64,000 bases of DNA, from NCBI RefSeq assembly GCF_018977255.1, contig NW_024704743.1:74712001-74776000 (forward strand), written 5' to 3'. The translations under genes were made by a program, and so were the position numbers. Under the pieces are notes generated by a model, which made no database searches, had not been told where the DNA came from, and saw only the letters and a program-made list of their open reading frames with translations. Of this stretch, positions 49,391 through 62,708 are shown one piece after another (the first letter of the stretch is position 1; each line of letters begins with the position of its first letter). Source of the DNA: Callorhinchus milii (taxonomy: Eukaryota).

Positions 49391-51928
49391 GCCCCGGAAG
49401 GTCTTTCGAGTCCTGAAATAAACAATGTACTATTAACTGAGCAGCTGGAAACCTTAGACGAGTTGCGCATTGAGCTTGATCAATCTGAGGTAAAGCAAAA
49501 GGAAATGCATGAGCAGATCCAGCAGCTTGAGGTGGAGAAGGAAGAGCTGCAGAAGACAACGTGTTTGCATGAGCAAAGAGAGGAAGCTGTCAAGAAATCA
49601 ATTGCTGAGACTATGGAGGAAAACAGCCGGCTGGAGAAATTGGTAGAAGAGCTGAGAAAGGAAGGTGAAGCCTCAGTTTCTACTCAGAACATTATTTTGC
49701 AGTTTCAGACACGTTTGCAGACATTAGAATCCAGTTATGATGAAAAACAGAAAGAACTTCAGACGAGGCTTATTGAGTTGGAAACGCAAAATAAAGAGTA
49801 TGAAGTCAAACTAAAAGGTTCAAAACAAGAAATGGAACGGATCAAGGCCTCTGAAAAGTCAAAAAGTAATAGCCTTAGTGAACTTCAAATCAAGTTATTC
49901 ACAGTGGAACAGAAGAACCTAGAACTGATAGCAAGGATAGACAATATTTTGACTGAGAAAGGACAACAGACTGCTATTCACTATGACTCGGCTCAGAAGA
50001 TCCATGAGCTGCTTGATAGGTTGAACGAGGGTGAGAAGGAGAGAATTGGATTGCAGAGACTGAATAGTGATCACCAGTGTCAGCTGGAGAAGTTAACAAA
50101 TGATTTGAAATCAAAAGAAGCTATAATAAATGAACTAGAGTTGAAGTTAAAAGAGACTACTTCAATATTTGAGGAGGAAAGTATAAAGCTTGTGGAAAGA
50201 AATGAAGAATTGGAATATTCATTGAATAAATTTAAGGAAACCACTGGATCAGAAAGAGAAACTGCTGACCTGCAGACAACTGAGCAGGAAGATTCTAACT
50301 TCAAATATGAAAAATTAAAAGCTACTTTTGAGGAACAAATAACTACTCTTTCTGATCAACTTAAGACAAAAGAAATGGAGCTGTCTAGTGTATGTAACAA
50401 GGCACAAAACCTTGAAGAGGTTAGAATTACTCTTTTCCATAATAAAGAAGATCTTAGGAAAAAGACGCACGATTTGGACGGACAGTTACTCAAACTGGAA
50501 GCCAAATTAGACGAGGCTGACTTTGAACATCAGAAATTGCAATATGAGCATGAAAAGCTTCAGCAAGCAGTGCAGAAACATCTGGAAAAAAATAAAGAGC
50601 TGGAGGTGACTTGTTTATCACTTGAAGCTGAAGTAGACAAACTGAGCGCCTCTGAGAAACAGCTACAGAGCCAGATAGATGATGCTTCATTGCCAGTGGA
50701 TGAAAGAGAAAAGAAACTGAGGGAAGAAAACAAGCAGTTAAATGAGAACTTGCAAAATTCTATAAGACAGATTCAGATGACAGAGGAAAAACTGAAGAAT
50801 ATTCAGTCTGAATACGATAATCTGAAAAAGCAAGGTAATGATTTGAACAACAGTTTTCTAAATCTTCAGGAAGATAATCGGGTCAAGAAACAAATGGTTT
50901 CAGAGCTAGAGAATAAATTATCAACATCAAAACAGAGTGAAGAGTCTCTCGCTTCGCTCCAGTTGGAGATGGAGGATGCCTTGCTTGAAAAAGTCAACCT
51001 TCTAAAGCAACTCTCAGAAAGCTTTGAGAAGAGTCAGGCAAAAATAGAGATTCTAGAAAAAGATAAGCTGGCCCTTGAAAACTGCTTGCAACAACAAACT
51101 CAACTTTCAGAAGGCGTAATAGCTGAAAGAGACTCACTGGTGAAAACACAGTTAAATGTACAGGAGCTGACTGAGAACTTGACTATTACTGAAAATCAGC
51201 TTGAAGCCTGTCAGAGTGAAGTAACCCAATTACAGACTGAGATCTGTGAACTCAGGTCAAAACTCAAACAAACAGTTGAGGAAAAGGAAAATGTACAAAG
51301 TAATCTAGATCTTGCTGTTTGCTCCAAGGAGGAATATCGAAATTTAGTTCAACATCTAAAAGAACAGATCGAATCACTGAATAGGGATCATATGGAAGAA
51401 CTCTTGCAGTTGAAAGAGAAAGAAGATTACCTGAAGAAAGAACGAGATAGTGAAGCTCAGCAAATAACCGAACTTAAGGGAAAACTTGTATTCATTACGG
51501 AAGAGCTATTACGAGCAAAAAAACAGGCAGAAAAAGTACAGCATGAGCACGGGGAAACAAAAGAGCTACTTTGCAGGACAAATACTGAAATGGCAGAGCT
51601 GGGCATACAGATTTGCACTTTGAACTCAGAAAAGCATGCTGCTGAACAAAAATGTGTTGACATTTCTCAACAAATAGCAAGGTTACGTGAAGAGGTGAAT
51701 GTCGAACAAAACCAACTGAATTGTAATATCGCTACAATTGAGAAAGAAAGGATGGAGGAAGAGTTGAAGAAATCCGAGGAGATAACGGCAGTTGTAAAAG
51801 ACCTGCAGAGTAAACTAGACAAAGCAGAACAACAAGTAAAAAGCTTCCAGGGAACTGCAAAGGAAGAGATTTCTGCAATCAAATTTCAGATGAGTGGACA
51901 GGTGATGGACTATCAAAATAAATTAAAG
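49391..51928 (+). CDS. FYCO1: FYCO1 large coiled-coil exon (2538 nt)
   Basis: tatag| acceptor in frame with the 841-aa E/K/L/Q-rich ORF; ends KFQMSGQVMDYQNKLK|gtaata. Confidence 0.93.
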
Positions 51929-52813
51929 GTAATACATTTGATTGGGAAATATAGTACAGATGAGTTTCATTTGAACTTTAATTTTTAAATGCCGGTTGTG
52001 GCTTTCACTCAGTAATTTTAGCAGATGAGTTAAAAAAATTTAACATGGTACAAATTTAAACACGAGTAAACAATACAATTTACATTTATATAGGGCCTCT
52101 GTCTCGAGCATGGCTTCCGTCTCGCCGACATTTGCTATAAACTGCTTAAATGGATATCTTTGTTGGATTGTAACTATGTTAACTACATATCAATACTTGC
52201 ATACACCCCAAAAAACAGAAACGGAACTGAGACCAATAAAAAAATTTTCCTACATTTTGCATGAAACTTCTTCCCTACAAAACAAGTTTCAATCTTACTA
52301 GAATATTGACAAGTATATTATGAACTATTTAGTTACGTTTGTTTTTCTGAGTATAAGGCTTCTTCCTTTTTCCAGCTAGTTTGGTTGTGACTCAATTTTT
52401 GTGCCACATACCAACCATTATTGAAAGGTTAGATCTGGGTCCAGGTCTCTACCCGATTCAGCATTCAACCACTTCTTTGTAGATGTGAAATTATCATTTT
52501 GGGGGTAATTGCCTATTTATCAATAGTTTGATGATGTAAAGGTGTAATGTGCTTCTGGTCAGCGTCCGTCCACAGTAGGCCCTCACTGTAAGCAAACCCA
52601 ATATATGGGAGAGGTGGGTCTTAGAACTGGATTGCCCTGTATATTGAACATAATACATTTATTTTCTGAGCTCACTACTTTGAACAGAAAGTAGTGGCCT
52701 AGAGAATATTTCCCCATTACATTTTATAAAACATCATTCTATCTATGTATAATACACTGTATACGCTATGAGTCTGACATATGTTGACAATGTTGATGAT
52801 TTGGTTTTACTAG

Positions 52814-52906
52814 GAAATTTGTGAAGAATTGGAAGTTGTGAAAGGGCAGCTTAATAAACGACAAAACCAAATAAGCTCAATGGATGAACAAGTTCAGAAA
52901 TTACAA
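52814..52906 (+). CDS. FYCO1: FYCO1 coding exon 8
   Basis: ttactag|EICEELEVVKGQLNKRQNQISSMDEQVQKLQ|gtaagt, phase 0-0. Confidence 0.88.
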
Positions 52907-53046
52907 GTAAGTATAAAGTGAAAAATTATTCACACCGTTGAGAATGGAAGAAAAGAACTGTACAGGATTTATATTTGGATAATTTGCATTTGAATTTTGT
53001 TTACGCTTCATATTAGTAATTCATTTTTTGCACTTTTATTTGCAAG

Positions 53047-53165
53047 GACCTCAATGGTAAATTGTCAAAGCAGTTGGAGGAAAAAACACAGCTGTTCATG
53101 GATTCAGAGACACAGAGAAATCAAAAGGAGAAAGAACTGATATCCCTGACAGAAAACTTCACCAG
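53047..53165 (+). CDS. FYCO1: FYCO1 coding exon 9
   Basis: tgcaag|DLNGKLSKQLEEKTQLFMDSETQRNQKEKELISLTENFT-AG|gtatca. Confidence 0.85.
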
Positions 53166-53729
53166 GTATCAATGTTTATGATCATTAATAATAATTATTG
53201 CATCTGATATTGCGCCTTTCAGGTTCAGAGGGCGTCTCAGAGTGTTTCACAGGATGCAAAATATAGTGACTGTGTACTTTTAGAGATGAAACTCAGTGAT
53301 TTGTGCACAAAAAATCTCCCACAAACAGCAATGAAGTGAATGACCAACTTTATCTGGGGGATTGGTAGCCAGGATACCATGGGATCTTTAATGTCCATCT
53401 GAACAGATAGATGGGACCTTGGTTTGACGTCCATCCAAAGAGTAAAAGTTTAGTAGTGAGACTTGGATTTACAATCTTGGTTAAGTTGTTCTTGTTTCAA
53501 GTTCTGTACTCCACAGAGAGATGGGTGGACAATTCTTAATTGCATTCACACAAAGAAATTCAACACTGACACTCCATTGGAGTTCTGTGCGCACATGGTT
53601 AGTTGTGCATAACTTAACACTACTAGGAATGAGAAATGTAAATATAAAACAAGCTTCTCAATCCTAATTATTTTACTGCTAAAAATAACATTGCTTCTCC
53701 ACCTACAGTAAAACAGGCATTATTATTAT

Positions 53730-54035
53730 TAATCCTTGCATTTGATATAGTGCTCTTCACGTCGGGAGGACGTCCCAAAGCGCTTCACAGAACACACTGT
53801 AAAGTGAATTGACTGTATATTTGTGGGCAAACGCAGCAGCCAATTGCGCACAGCAATGTCCCACAAACAGTCGTAGATTGAAAATGACCAATTTATTATT
53901 GTTTTGGGTTTTGGAGGGATTATTATTAGGTGTGTGGAGTAAGGAAACTTGCCCAAGGTTTCGCCCTCTGCCTGGAATTGAACTCAGGTCTCTCACTTGC
54001 AAAGCGAGTGCTCTAACCACTGAGCTACAGGACTC
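53730..54035 (-). mobile_element. tRNA-Ala SINE, young short form
   Basis: Full-length reverse copy. Confidence 0.9.
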
Positions 54036-55430
54036 ATGCCTGATATCCAAGTAGGAATCTTTCGTGTTTAGATGTAGGAACCTACATATAATATAGATTG
54101 ATACTAACTTAATAACTACACAAGATATACTTTTGTGGGACATCCAAAGTTTCCCTTATTAGAGGGTATACAAGTGTAAATTCCTTCAAATTGCTTCAGT
54201 CCCATTTGTAACATGTGATAATTGCACCTGGCGAAAGTTATTGCTGATATTTATACAGGAGAATTTATGATCTTTTTGTGCTCTGCAGTGTTTTGAGATG
54301 TTTGAGATGTTATTCTATGTGAGAGTCTCAATACAATCCAGGCTCTCCACGACCTTGCTCCTTCCTATCTCTGTGACCTGCTAACCCCATATCAACCTAT
54401 CCGCTCCCTCCACGTCCCCTGCCCGGCCCACCCCACCACTGGCTCTCTCCTCCCCCTCTTTGGAATTCCATCCCACAGTCCCTTCACCTCGCTCCCTCCC
54501 TTGCCTCCTTCAAGGCAGGTCTCAAAACTCCTCTTCGACAGCGCCTTGGCCACCCTCCTACCTTGCCTGCCCTCCGTCCCTGATCCTCGCTCCCCCTGTT
54601 CGTGTTCCAAATCCCTGACTGTCCAGGGGCTTGGGAAGGCCTCCCGACGTGAAAAGCGCAATGCAATTATTTTGTATTGTGCAAGTTGTTGTTGCTTAAT
54701 ACTAAGCAGCCACTAGGTTGCAGTGTATCCCTCCCAAAGAGTTGTACAATATATAATAATAATCCTTGCAGTTGGTACAAAACCTTTCATTTCGGCAGGA
54801 TATCCGAAATGCACTTTACAGGATGTACTATGTGTTTTATTGGTGGACTCCCACAATGTGGATGTGGTATCTCTGAACTGATACCTTTGTAGCTTCACAA
54901 TCATTGCCATCGTGAAAAATCTGAGGCGACAGTTTTTAAATTTAAATTACAGCCTCTTGAGAGCTGTTAAACTTGCTTCATTTGTTTAACATACGTGTTC
55001 AGTCCTGTTATGGCCTGCCAAGTAGGGGCAAATTCGACGCTCGGCCCACATTTAATTTTTTACCATTACCATCGATGGCTGAGCTTCAACCACTATGTCC
55101 TTAACCTCTGGAACTCCTTGTCTCAATCCCTCTGCTGTGTCCTTTCTTTATCTGTTGTTAAATCCCTCCTTAAAACCTACCTCTTTGACAGTGCATAGAG
55201 CCCCTTCTCCCTTGCTTGGTGTGCAGCCCCGCCACTCTGAAGCACTGCAAGGATGCTATAAAAATTTTAATTGATGTCCAAGACAAGAACACTCATAGCG
55301 ACAGGTTTCACAGAAAGCTGATTAATTTTCAATCTTCCTATTCTGCTCATCTCCCACCCGACTCAGCCTCCCACTTCATCTCTACAAAGCATTTTGTTTG
55401 CAGGTAAAGTCCTGAAATCTTTATCACTAG

Positions 55431-55598
55431 ATCTCTGGAGGAGTTTGAAACTGTGAAGGAAGAACTGAGAGAGTATAAAAAGAACCTTCAGATGACACAG
55501 GAAGAGAGAGAGAGAACGGAACAAAAACTGTTGGCCGAAGTGGATGACCTGGACAGAACTAAACAGTTCCTGGAGGAGCGTCTAATTGAATTGATTAA
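55431..55598 (+). CDS. FYCO1: FYCO1 coding exon 10
   Basis: cactag|SLEEFETVKEE...EVDDLDRTKQFLEERLIELI-AA|gtatgt. Confidence 0.88.
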
Positions 55599-56013
55599 GT
55601 ATGTCACAATACTGGAGTTGTGTTGTTGGATGTCATTGCAAAGGCCTCCTGAGGATTGTGTTTGGGGACACAAGTGATCTCGTGCCATTTTCTGATGTCA
55701 ATAAAGTAATGGGGTTGGTCAAATATAGAAGAAAAAAAAATCATGTCTGAAACTGTGCACTTGGAGGAGAATTTTGCATTCAATTGAATATTTCTTATTT
55801 AATCTGTGATGCTGCACTTTAACGACAGACATCTGGTTCAGTGAAAAACAAAATAATATATATATATACAGGATATACATATATATATACAGGATTCATT
55901 CTTAAATGTATATCGTCTCTAAGTTGCATTTATCATATTTGATGCCTCAATATAATACGCTATCCATGTTAGCAAGTATATTTCAGACTAAAATGCCATG
56001 TTTTTTCTTTCAG

Positions 56014-56163
56014 GGATAAGGATGCCTTATGGCAAAAATCTGATGCATTGGAGTTTGAGCAAAAGTTACGTACAGAGGCTCGATGGCTTGGCGACCGAGA
56101 GGTGAATCATTGTCTGGATTGTCAAAGTCAGTTTACATGGTGGTTACGGCGGCATCATTGCAG
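56014..56163 (+). CDS. FYCO1: FYCO1 coding exon 11 (FYVE start)
   Basis: [49 protein letters not shown], bounded by ttcag/gtgagt. Confidence 0.95.
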
Positions 56164-56789
56164 GTGAGTCTAATTGTAAAACAGCACATACAACATTTCA
56201 GTGGAAAATAGTATGTGCACAATCCCCTCAAGTGAAATACAAATGGAATTCAATGCGTTCCTACAGGACAACCCCATTACATAACGTAGTCATCTTGGTC
56301 CAGTGTCTCAGGCCTGCATTAGAGGTGAGCATAAAAATTGTCTGAGGTTGTGGTTTGTCAGATCGCCACTGAAATCTTTCTGTGTGCTGCGTGCTATCCA
56401 AAAGATTTGCCGTTGGTGTCACTTTGTGGTGGAAATGACATTGGTGTCAGGATACTACCTCGCATGAAGGGCGCCATATAATTTCAAATTGTTGTTGTTT
56501 GATGCAGATCTGTGTCTTGACAAAAGTATTTGAGCACAGTTCATCATTTCATGGCAAAATATTTCTGGTATAACAAATCTCGAACAATAAATGTTGCTTA
56601 TTCCCTGAGCATTTCACACTCCATTCTCTGACCAACTGCTGATCGTCTCGCTATATATAATTCCGGTCGAGATCACAGCTGCTTTTTAGTCATGATACAA
56701 GTCTGAAACTCACACAAAGTAAAGACTTGTACATTTTCTAGCCCCATCTTTTAAACTATTCCAAATCTCACAGACCTACAGTGGCATTA

Positions 56790-58000
56790 CATTCTAAATC
56801 ACTATCACCCCCACCTTGAAAAAACCTTCCCTCGACCCATCATAGCTATCTAGCTACCGGCCCATCTCAAATCTATCCAAGCTCCTTGAGAGTGCTGTTG
56901 CCTCCCAGCTTCGCTCTTTCCTCTTACTCCCTTCATGAACCCCTCCAATGTTGCTCTGGTCAAGGTCACAAACGACATCCTGACCAGGTGTGACCAGGGC
57001 TCCCTCTGCCTCCTCGTCCTCCTCAACCTCTCCGCCGCCTTTGACACTGTGGACCACTCAATCCTCCTCTACCGCCTCTCCTCCCACCTCAACCTTCAAG
57101 GTTCTGTCCTTGACTGGTTCACGTCCTACCTTTCACACCGCCTCCACTTTGTCGAGGCAAATGGTTTCTCCTCCAGCCCCCGCACTGTTTCATGCGGTGT
57201 TCCTCAGGGCTCTGTTCTCGGTCCCCTCCTCTCCCCTTTGGTGATGTCATCCGCAGACATGGGGTAAATTTCCACATGTATGCGGATGACACCCAACTCT
57301 ACCTCTCTACCTCCACCCTGAACTCCAGGATTACTGAGGTCCTGACCGACTGCCTGTCCGACATCAAGTCCTGGACGAGGGCCAACATTCTCCAACTCAA
57401 CATCAGCAAGACCGAGGCTCTTCTGATTGGCTCGCGCCAGCACCTCAGGTGCTGGCACCATCAGCCTCCACAGCTGCGCACTCGACCTCACTAAGCCAGT
57501 CAGGAACCTGGGTGTCTTGTTTGACCCTGAACTGTCCTATCTCCCCCACATCCGCGCCATGATCGGCACTGCCTACCACCACCTCCGCAACATTGCCAGA
57601 CTCCGCCACTGCCTCACCGCTCAGGCTGCCAAAACCCTCACCCACGCATTCGTCACCTCAAGACTTGATTACGGGAACTCCCTCCTCATCGGCCTTTCCA
57701 ACTCTTCCCTTCACAAGCTGCAAATCATTCAAAACTCTGCAGCTTGTGTACTCTCAAGCACCAGACTCCGTGACCCCATCACTCCCACCCTCGCCCAACT
57801 CCACTGGCTCCCCATCCCTCAGAGGATTGAATTCAAGATCCTCGTCCTCACCTTTAAGGCCATCCATGGCCTTGCCCCCTCCTACCTCTCTGACCTGCTG
57901 ACTCCCTACCAACCTGCCCGATCCCTCCGTTCATCAGGCTCTGGCCTGCGCCATGTCTCCCGCTCGACCCGCCCTATCAATGTAATTTTGTTGTTGTTGT
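56790..58000 (+). mobile_element. Frameshifted L2 RT fragment
   Basis: [26 protein letters not shown] and RLDYGNSLL across three frames. Confidence 0.88.
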
Positions 58001-58590
58001 AAAGTCAAATTTACATTAATTTTCAAAGCCAGAGAATTGCACTATGTGCACCATTCTGTTCAGATAAATCCATATGTGACCCTCCTCTCCCCTTTCCAAT
58101 CCTTGGACAATTTCTAAACCTCACGTGGGTCTCTCTCTGTCCCTGATACATTTTTGTGATTGGGAGCAAACTACCCTCCAACAGAACTTTCCAGCAGCTT
58201 CAACTCTGCAATTTCTGCACTTTTGAAGAGCGTAGCTTTAGCACCAAGTGAATACTGCACGAAGACCCAAGTGGCTTCCTTGGAGAAGATTGAGAGAACA
58301 GAGTTTGCGGAATCCTGAGAGGCAGAAGACTGAGAGGGAGTGAGTGAGAGATAGGAAGAGGGAGTGGAGGTCACATAGGGAATATCACCTGAACTTAAAG
58401 ATGTGTATGGTCCAGTTTTCTTGATAGAACAGCATCCCTAAGTCATTCTTTAACTCCTCTCCCCATGGGATGATATTTTGTTGGATAACTCAGCTGCACA
58501 TAATTCTATTGAAAGTTCAGCTTCTTGCTTGGTAGAAATTAATGGAGAGATTATTTGTCATCTCAAACTGAATGTTTTGCTACATTTCAG

Positions 58591-58802
58591 ACTTTGTGGG
58601 CGTATCTTCTGCTACTACTGCAGCAATAATTTTGTGATGACAAAACACAGTGGTAAAAGAGAACGCTGCTGCAAAGCCTGTTGGTCAGAGCATAATGCTG
58701 TTGTTCAACGATTCAGTGACGCAGGATCTTCTAGTACTTCCGACAGCCCCGATGAATCTCCATCACTCTCAACTTCAGAAAGACTTGCAAGCAGCAACAC
58801 CG
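58591..58802 (+). CDS. FYCO1: FYCO1 coding exon 12 (FYVE end)
   Basis: ttcag|LCGRIFCYYCSNNFVMTKHSGKRERCCKACW...SSNT-G|gtactg. The donor is weak, so the 3' boundary is less certain. Confidence 0.85.
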
Positions 58803-59300
58803 GTACTGATCCAGTATTCTGCAGTGTTATCGTTGTTATATTTTATTTCACAGTCACTGTTGGATTAGTAATAATAAATAATAATCCTGCATTTGATATA
58901 ATGCCATCAGATGGTCAAGACATCTTAAAGCGCACAGCTGCTAGAAAGCATTATGGAGTCTGAGTTCATGAACATTTGTTCTTGCATCTAATGGCTTGGA
59001 AAACTACTTGGAACAGTGCTCCAAGGCATATCGGCAGGTCTTGGAAGGGCAAACCAGTCCCTGGGGGCAGGGACTCTTCTCATTCAGCTCCCATTAACCC
59101 TGCAAGCCAAAGCCCTAACCGTCCTAGCTGGACAATCAGCAGGAAAGCTTGCCAATCTCAGTGCTCTCAATGGCAATCTATGCAGTTTTAGCTGGTTAGA
59201 CAACAGTAGTACCCCAACACATACTCTGGGGTCCCCAAGCTTTGTCTCTTGCCAACCTGTGCCTACTTTCTGGAATTAGGTAAGCAGAATGCGTCCCTTC

Positions 59301-59637
59301 TAGTGGTTGCAAGCCCGGGAATCCTGATCCCAGGATTCCATATGGTAATGCTGCTCCCAAAATCCCTGGATTCATTGAAAAGAATCGAGGGATTTAGGGG
59401 ATTGTGTAGAGGGTGAGCCCTGATGGAAGGGGAGGGCAGGATGCTGCTGGAAGGGCAAGCCGGCGGAAGCAGATGAGCAGGTCTGCAAACGTCCCGGGTG
59501 CTCTCTCTCTCTCTCTCTCTCGGACGTACACTGCGTGCGAGGTGCTGCTGTGGAAAATGATCACAGGCGTTCTAGACAAGGTAAGATTCAGGATTTGGGG
59601 CATTAAAATCAAAAGAGCACCAGGATTGCAACCGCTA
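59301..59637. mobile_element. hAT-type MITE
   Basis: TIRs tagtggttgcaa / ttgcaaccgcta; 8-bp TSD gtcccttc / gtccctgc. Confidence 0.8.
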
Positions 59638-60931
59638 GTCCCTGCAGGGAGAGAGTGTGCATTCAATTCCAATAAAATCTCTGGAATTTTCATTTATAGA
59701 TGGGATGGATAGAACTCTGTTTGGTTTGGATACTCTTAAGCGTGGTAAAACAAGGATCTTGAATATACATGTATATTAAATACACGAGTGTGCAGGTGAA
59801 TACACTCTGCTGTCACAGACTGATATGCAGTTAAAAACTAGCTATCTACGTTTGAGATGTCTGTGGCTGCAACATTACAATACAATACAAAATTACTAGC
59901 GTATGGCACCCTTCAGGTTGGGAGGACATCCCAAGCCATTGGACAGGCAGGGATTTGGACCCGAGCTGGGGGTTGGGAGCGTGGAGTGCAGGGAGGGTAG
60001 GAGGGTGGCCGAAGGCTCGGTCGAACAGGAGGATTTTGAGACTTGCCTTGAAGGAGGCGAGGGAGGGAGCAAGCTGAAAGGAATGCTGTATAGCATTCCA
60101 TAGAGTGGGGCCAGAAAGGCTGAAAGCACAACTACCGATTGTGGGGCTATCCGGGTGAGGGACGTGGAACAGCCCAGTCAGCCCATCAGTCAACATTTAG
60201 GCTGTCAGCCACATAGTTATATCACTAGCACTTCAGTGTGCTGCACGTTAGCAACTACGTGTCCATTCAGAAATGTTCATGGTTGTGTCCGTTTCACATT
60301 TTTTTCCTACTTTTATTTGACTCCGTTCTGCTACGTGTTTTTACGATGCCATGAACCACTCTTATCCTCCTCCACCGCCTGCTCCATGTCTCCCGCGTGA
60401 CCAGCTCTACCATCGGCGGCCAGGCTTTCAGACTCTGCCCCCACCCTTTGGAACTCCATCACACAATCCCTTTGCCTTGTTCCCTCACTTGCATCCTTCA
60501 AGGCACGACTCAAGACCCTCCTTTTCGACCGTGCCTTCAGCCACCCTCCTAACCCCTCTGCGGTCCCTCATCCCAACCCTGCCACGCTCGGGTCCTGATC
60601 CCTGAACGATTCAGCGCCTTGGAACATCCGCCCGATGTAAAAGGCACTTTAAAAATGTAATTTTGCTATTGTTACATATAACCTTTTTGTTATCTTTTGC
60701 GATAACTTGTCACCTGAAGGGAAATAACTCAAATGATAACTTATCAGAGGTGATGAGTTTTCCAGAGTATCATAGCTATTAGCCACATTGTATTTGGTCC
60801 CCTTGGGAGTAATGTTTTATTTAATAATTAGCATGGCCACTGATACATAAACGTTTTGTCATACCATGTGCATACATACTGAATGAGGCACTGATTTGAA
60901 TACCCAATAAAACAGCATAATCTATGTAACT

Positions 60932-61237
60932 TAATAATAATAATAATCCTTGCATTTGATATAGTGCTTTTCAAGTCTTCTAGACGTCTCAAAGTGCTTC
61001 ACAGAATATGCTGTAAAATGAATTGACTGTATATTTGTGGGCGAAACGCGCAATTACGCACAGCAATGTCCCACAAACAGTCGTGGATTGAAAATGACCA
61101 ATTTATTATTGTTTAGGAGGGATTATTATTAGGCGTGTGGAGTAAGGAAATTTGCCCAAGATTTCGCCCTGTCTGGAATTGAACCCAGGTGTCTCGCTTG
61201 CAAGGCGAGTGCTCTAACCACTGAGCTACAGGGCTCC
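60932..61237 (-). mobile_element. tRNA-Ala SINE
   Basis: Full-length reverse copy. Confidence 0.9.
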
Positions 61238-61744
61238 ACAATCTAAAAATAGATATTGTTATTCAAGCTGATTACACAATCCTTAGCAAAAATGACGACG
61301 GTCACAAAATAGTTTTATTTTTGTTTGCCATCCAATCATTAAGTGTAGTCCTGGGCACCTTATACTTTGTTGCAACTGCGGATTTGCTTTGCCCACTGAT
61401 GAGTTATCAGAGATATTTTACGTGGAAGCAGTGTCTTAAAAGTGTGAAAGTCTGAGTTATGAGATATCCAGGGTGATTAGTTATCAGAGGAACATAGTTC
61501 CTCTGGTAACTAATTATATATGTGAGTTATATGGGGTTAACGACTTATCCCAAGGTCGAGTTATCAAAAGTTTCACTATACATTTTAGGAAATAAAAATG
61601 TATACAACAATAACTTGCATTAATATAGCAGCATTCACGCGGGGGTAGGGTCTCGGAGCTCTCTGAGCACTCCACTCAGAATAGATAAAAAGTAGGGAAA
61701 TTAGATTAAAGTAGATAGTTTCAGTGGAGAGAAAGTAATGCCCT

Positions 61745-62502
61745 GGAAAATAAGAACCTAAATGGGTTAGAGGAGCAAAGGGATCTTGGGGTACATATAC
61801 ACCATTCACTAAAAGTAGCAACACGGGTTAATAAGGCCATAAAAAAGGCAAACCAAGCATTGTGGTTCATTTCTAGAGGGATAGAAATGAAAAGCAGGGA
61901 AGTTATGGTAAACCTCTATAGACCCTTGGTTAGATCACACTTAGAATACTGTGTGCATTTCTGGGCCCCACGTTATAGAAGAGATGTAGAGGCACTGGAG
62001 AGGGTGCAAAGGAGATTCACAAGGATGATCCTGAACTGAGAGGTTATACCTATCAGGAAAGGCTGAACATAGTTGGACTCTTTTTTTCTTGAAATGAGGA
62101 GGGTAAGGGGTGATCTGATAGAGGTCTTTAAAATTATGAAAGGTTTTGATAGGGTAGACATAGAGAAAATGTTTCCACTTGTGGGAGAGACCAAAAACAG
62201 TGGCCATCAATATAAAATAGTCACAAATAGATCAAATAGGGAAGTTAGAAGAAATTTCTTCACACAGAGAGTGGTGGGAATGTGGAACTTGCTACCACAA
62301 GGAGTTGTAGAGGCAAATAGCATAGATGTATTTAAGGGGAAGCGAGATAGGTACATGAGGGTGAAAGGAATAGAAGGTTATGCTTGAAGGCTCAGTTGAG
62401 AAAGGGCAGGAGGAGGCTCATGTGGAACATAAACACCGGCATAGACCAGTTGGGCCGAATGGCGTGTTTCTGTGCTGTATATTCTAATGTATTCTAATGT
62501 AT
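61745..62502 (+). mobile_element. CR1-clade LINE 3' fragment
   Basis: LEYCVHFW, RRVRGDLIEVFKI, RRNFFTQRVVGMWNLLP; 3'UTR gggccgaatggc...tgtgctgta and attctaatgt repeat tail. Confidence 0.88.
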
Positions 62503-62708
62503 GCAATGGTGCAGTTGTGATGGTTTTAACAGTATCCTTCTCTGGTGAGATGTTTGTGATTCCAAGCCATTAAAGAATAGTGTGAAAAGCAAGAGACACA
62601 AACTCCACCTTTGAAACTCCACTCATCACTATTAACAGGCAGAGCTTTTCCTCTTGGTCATAAGCTTGTGCTTCAACTTGTGTATTGCTCAGCCAATACA
62701 CAATTTGT

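Larger units (their letters stand above)
38572..58802 (+). other. FYCO1: FYCO1 coding span in the window (12 coding exons, 3913 nt, 3' incomplete)
   Basis: Exons splice in phase to MATSVGESQIQRIIRDLQ...RUN domain...long coiled coil...FYVE (WLGD, RRHHCRLCG), matching vertebrate FYCO1 architecture. Confidence 0.95.

Noticed and set aside
49463..51988. 841-aa ORF as a stand-alone myosin/golgin-like gene
   Set aside because: It is the large internal FYCO1 exon, bounded by in-phase splice sites.
58885..58910. AFDIM resembling the FYCO1 LIR (FDII)
   Set aside because: Derived from an antisense SINE tail (ctgcatttgatata) in the intron and lacks the acidic LIR context; the true LIR exon was not found in the window.
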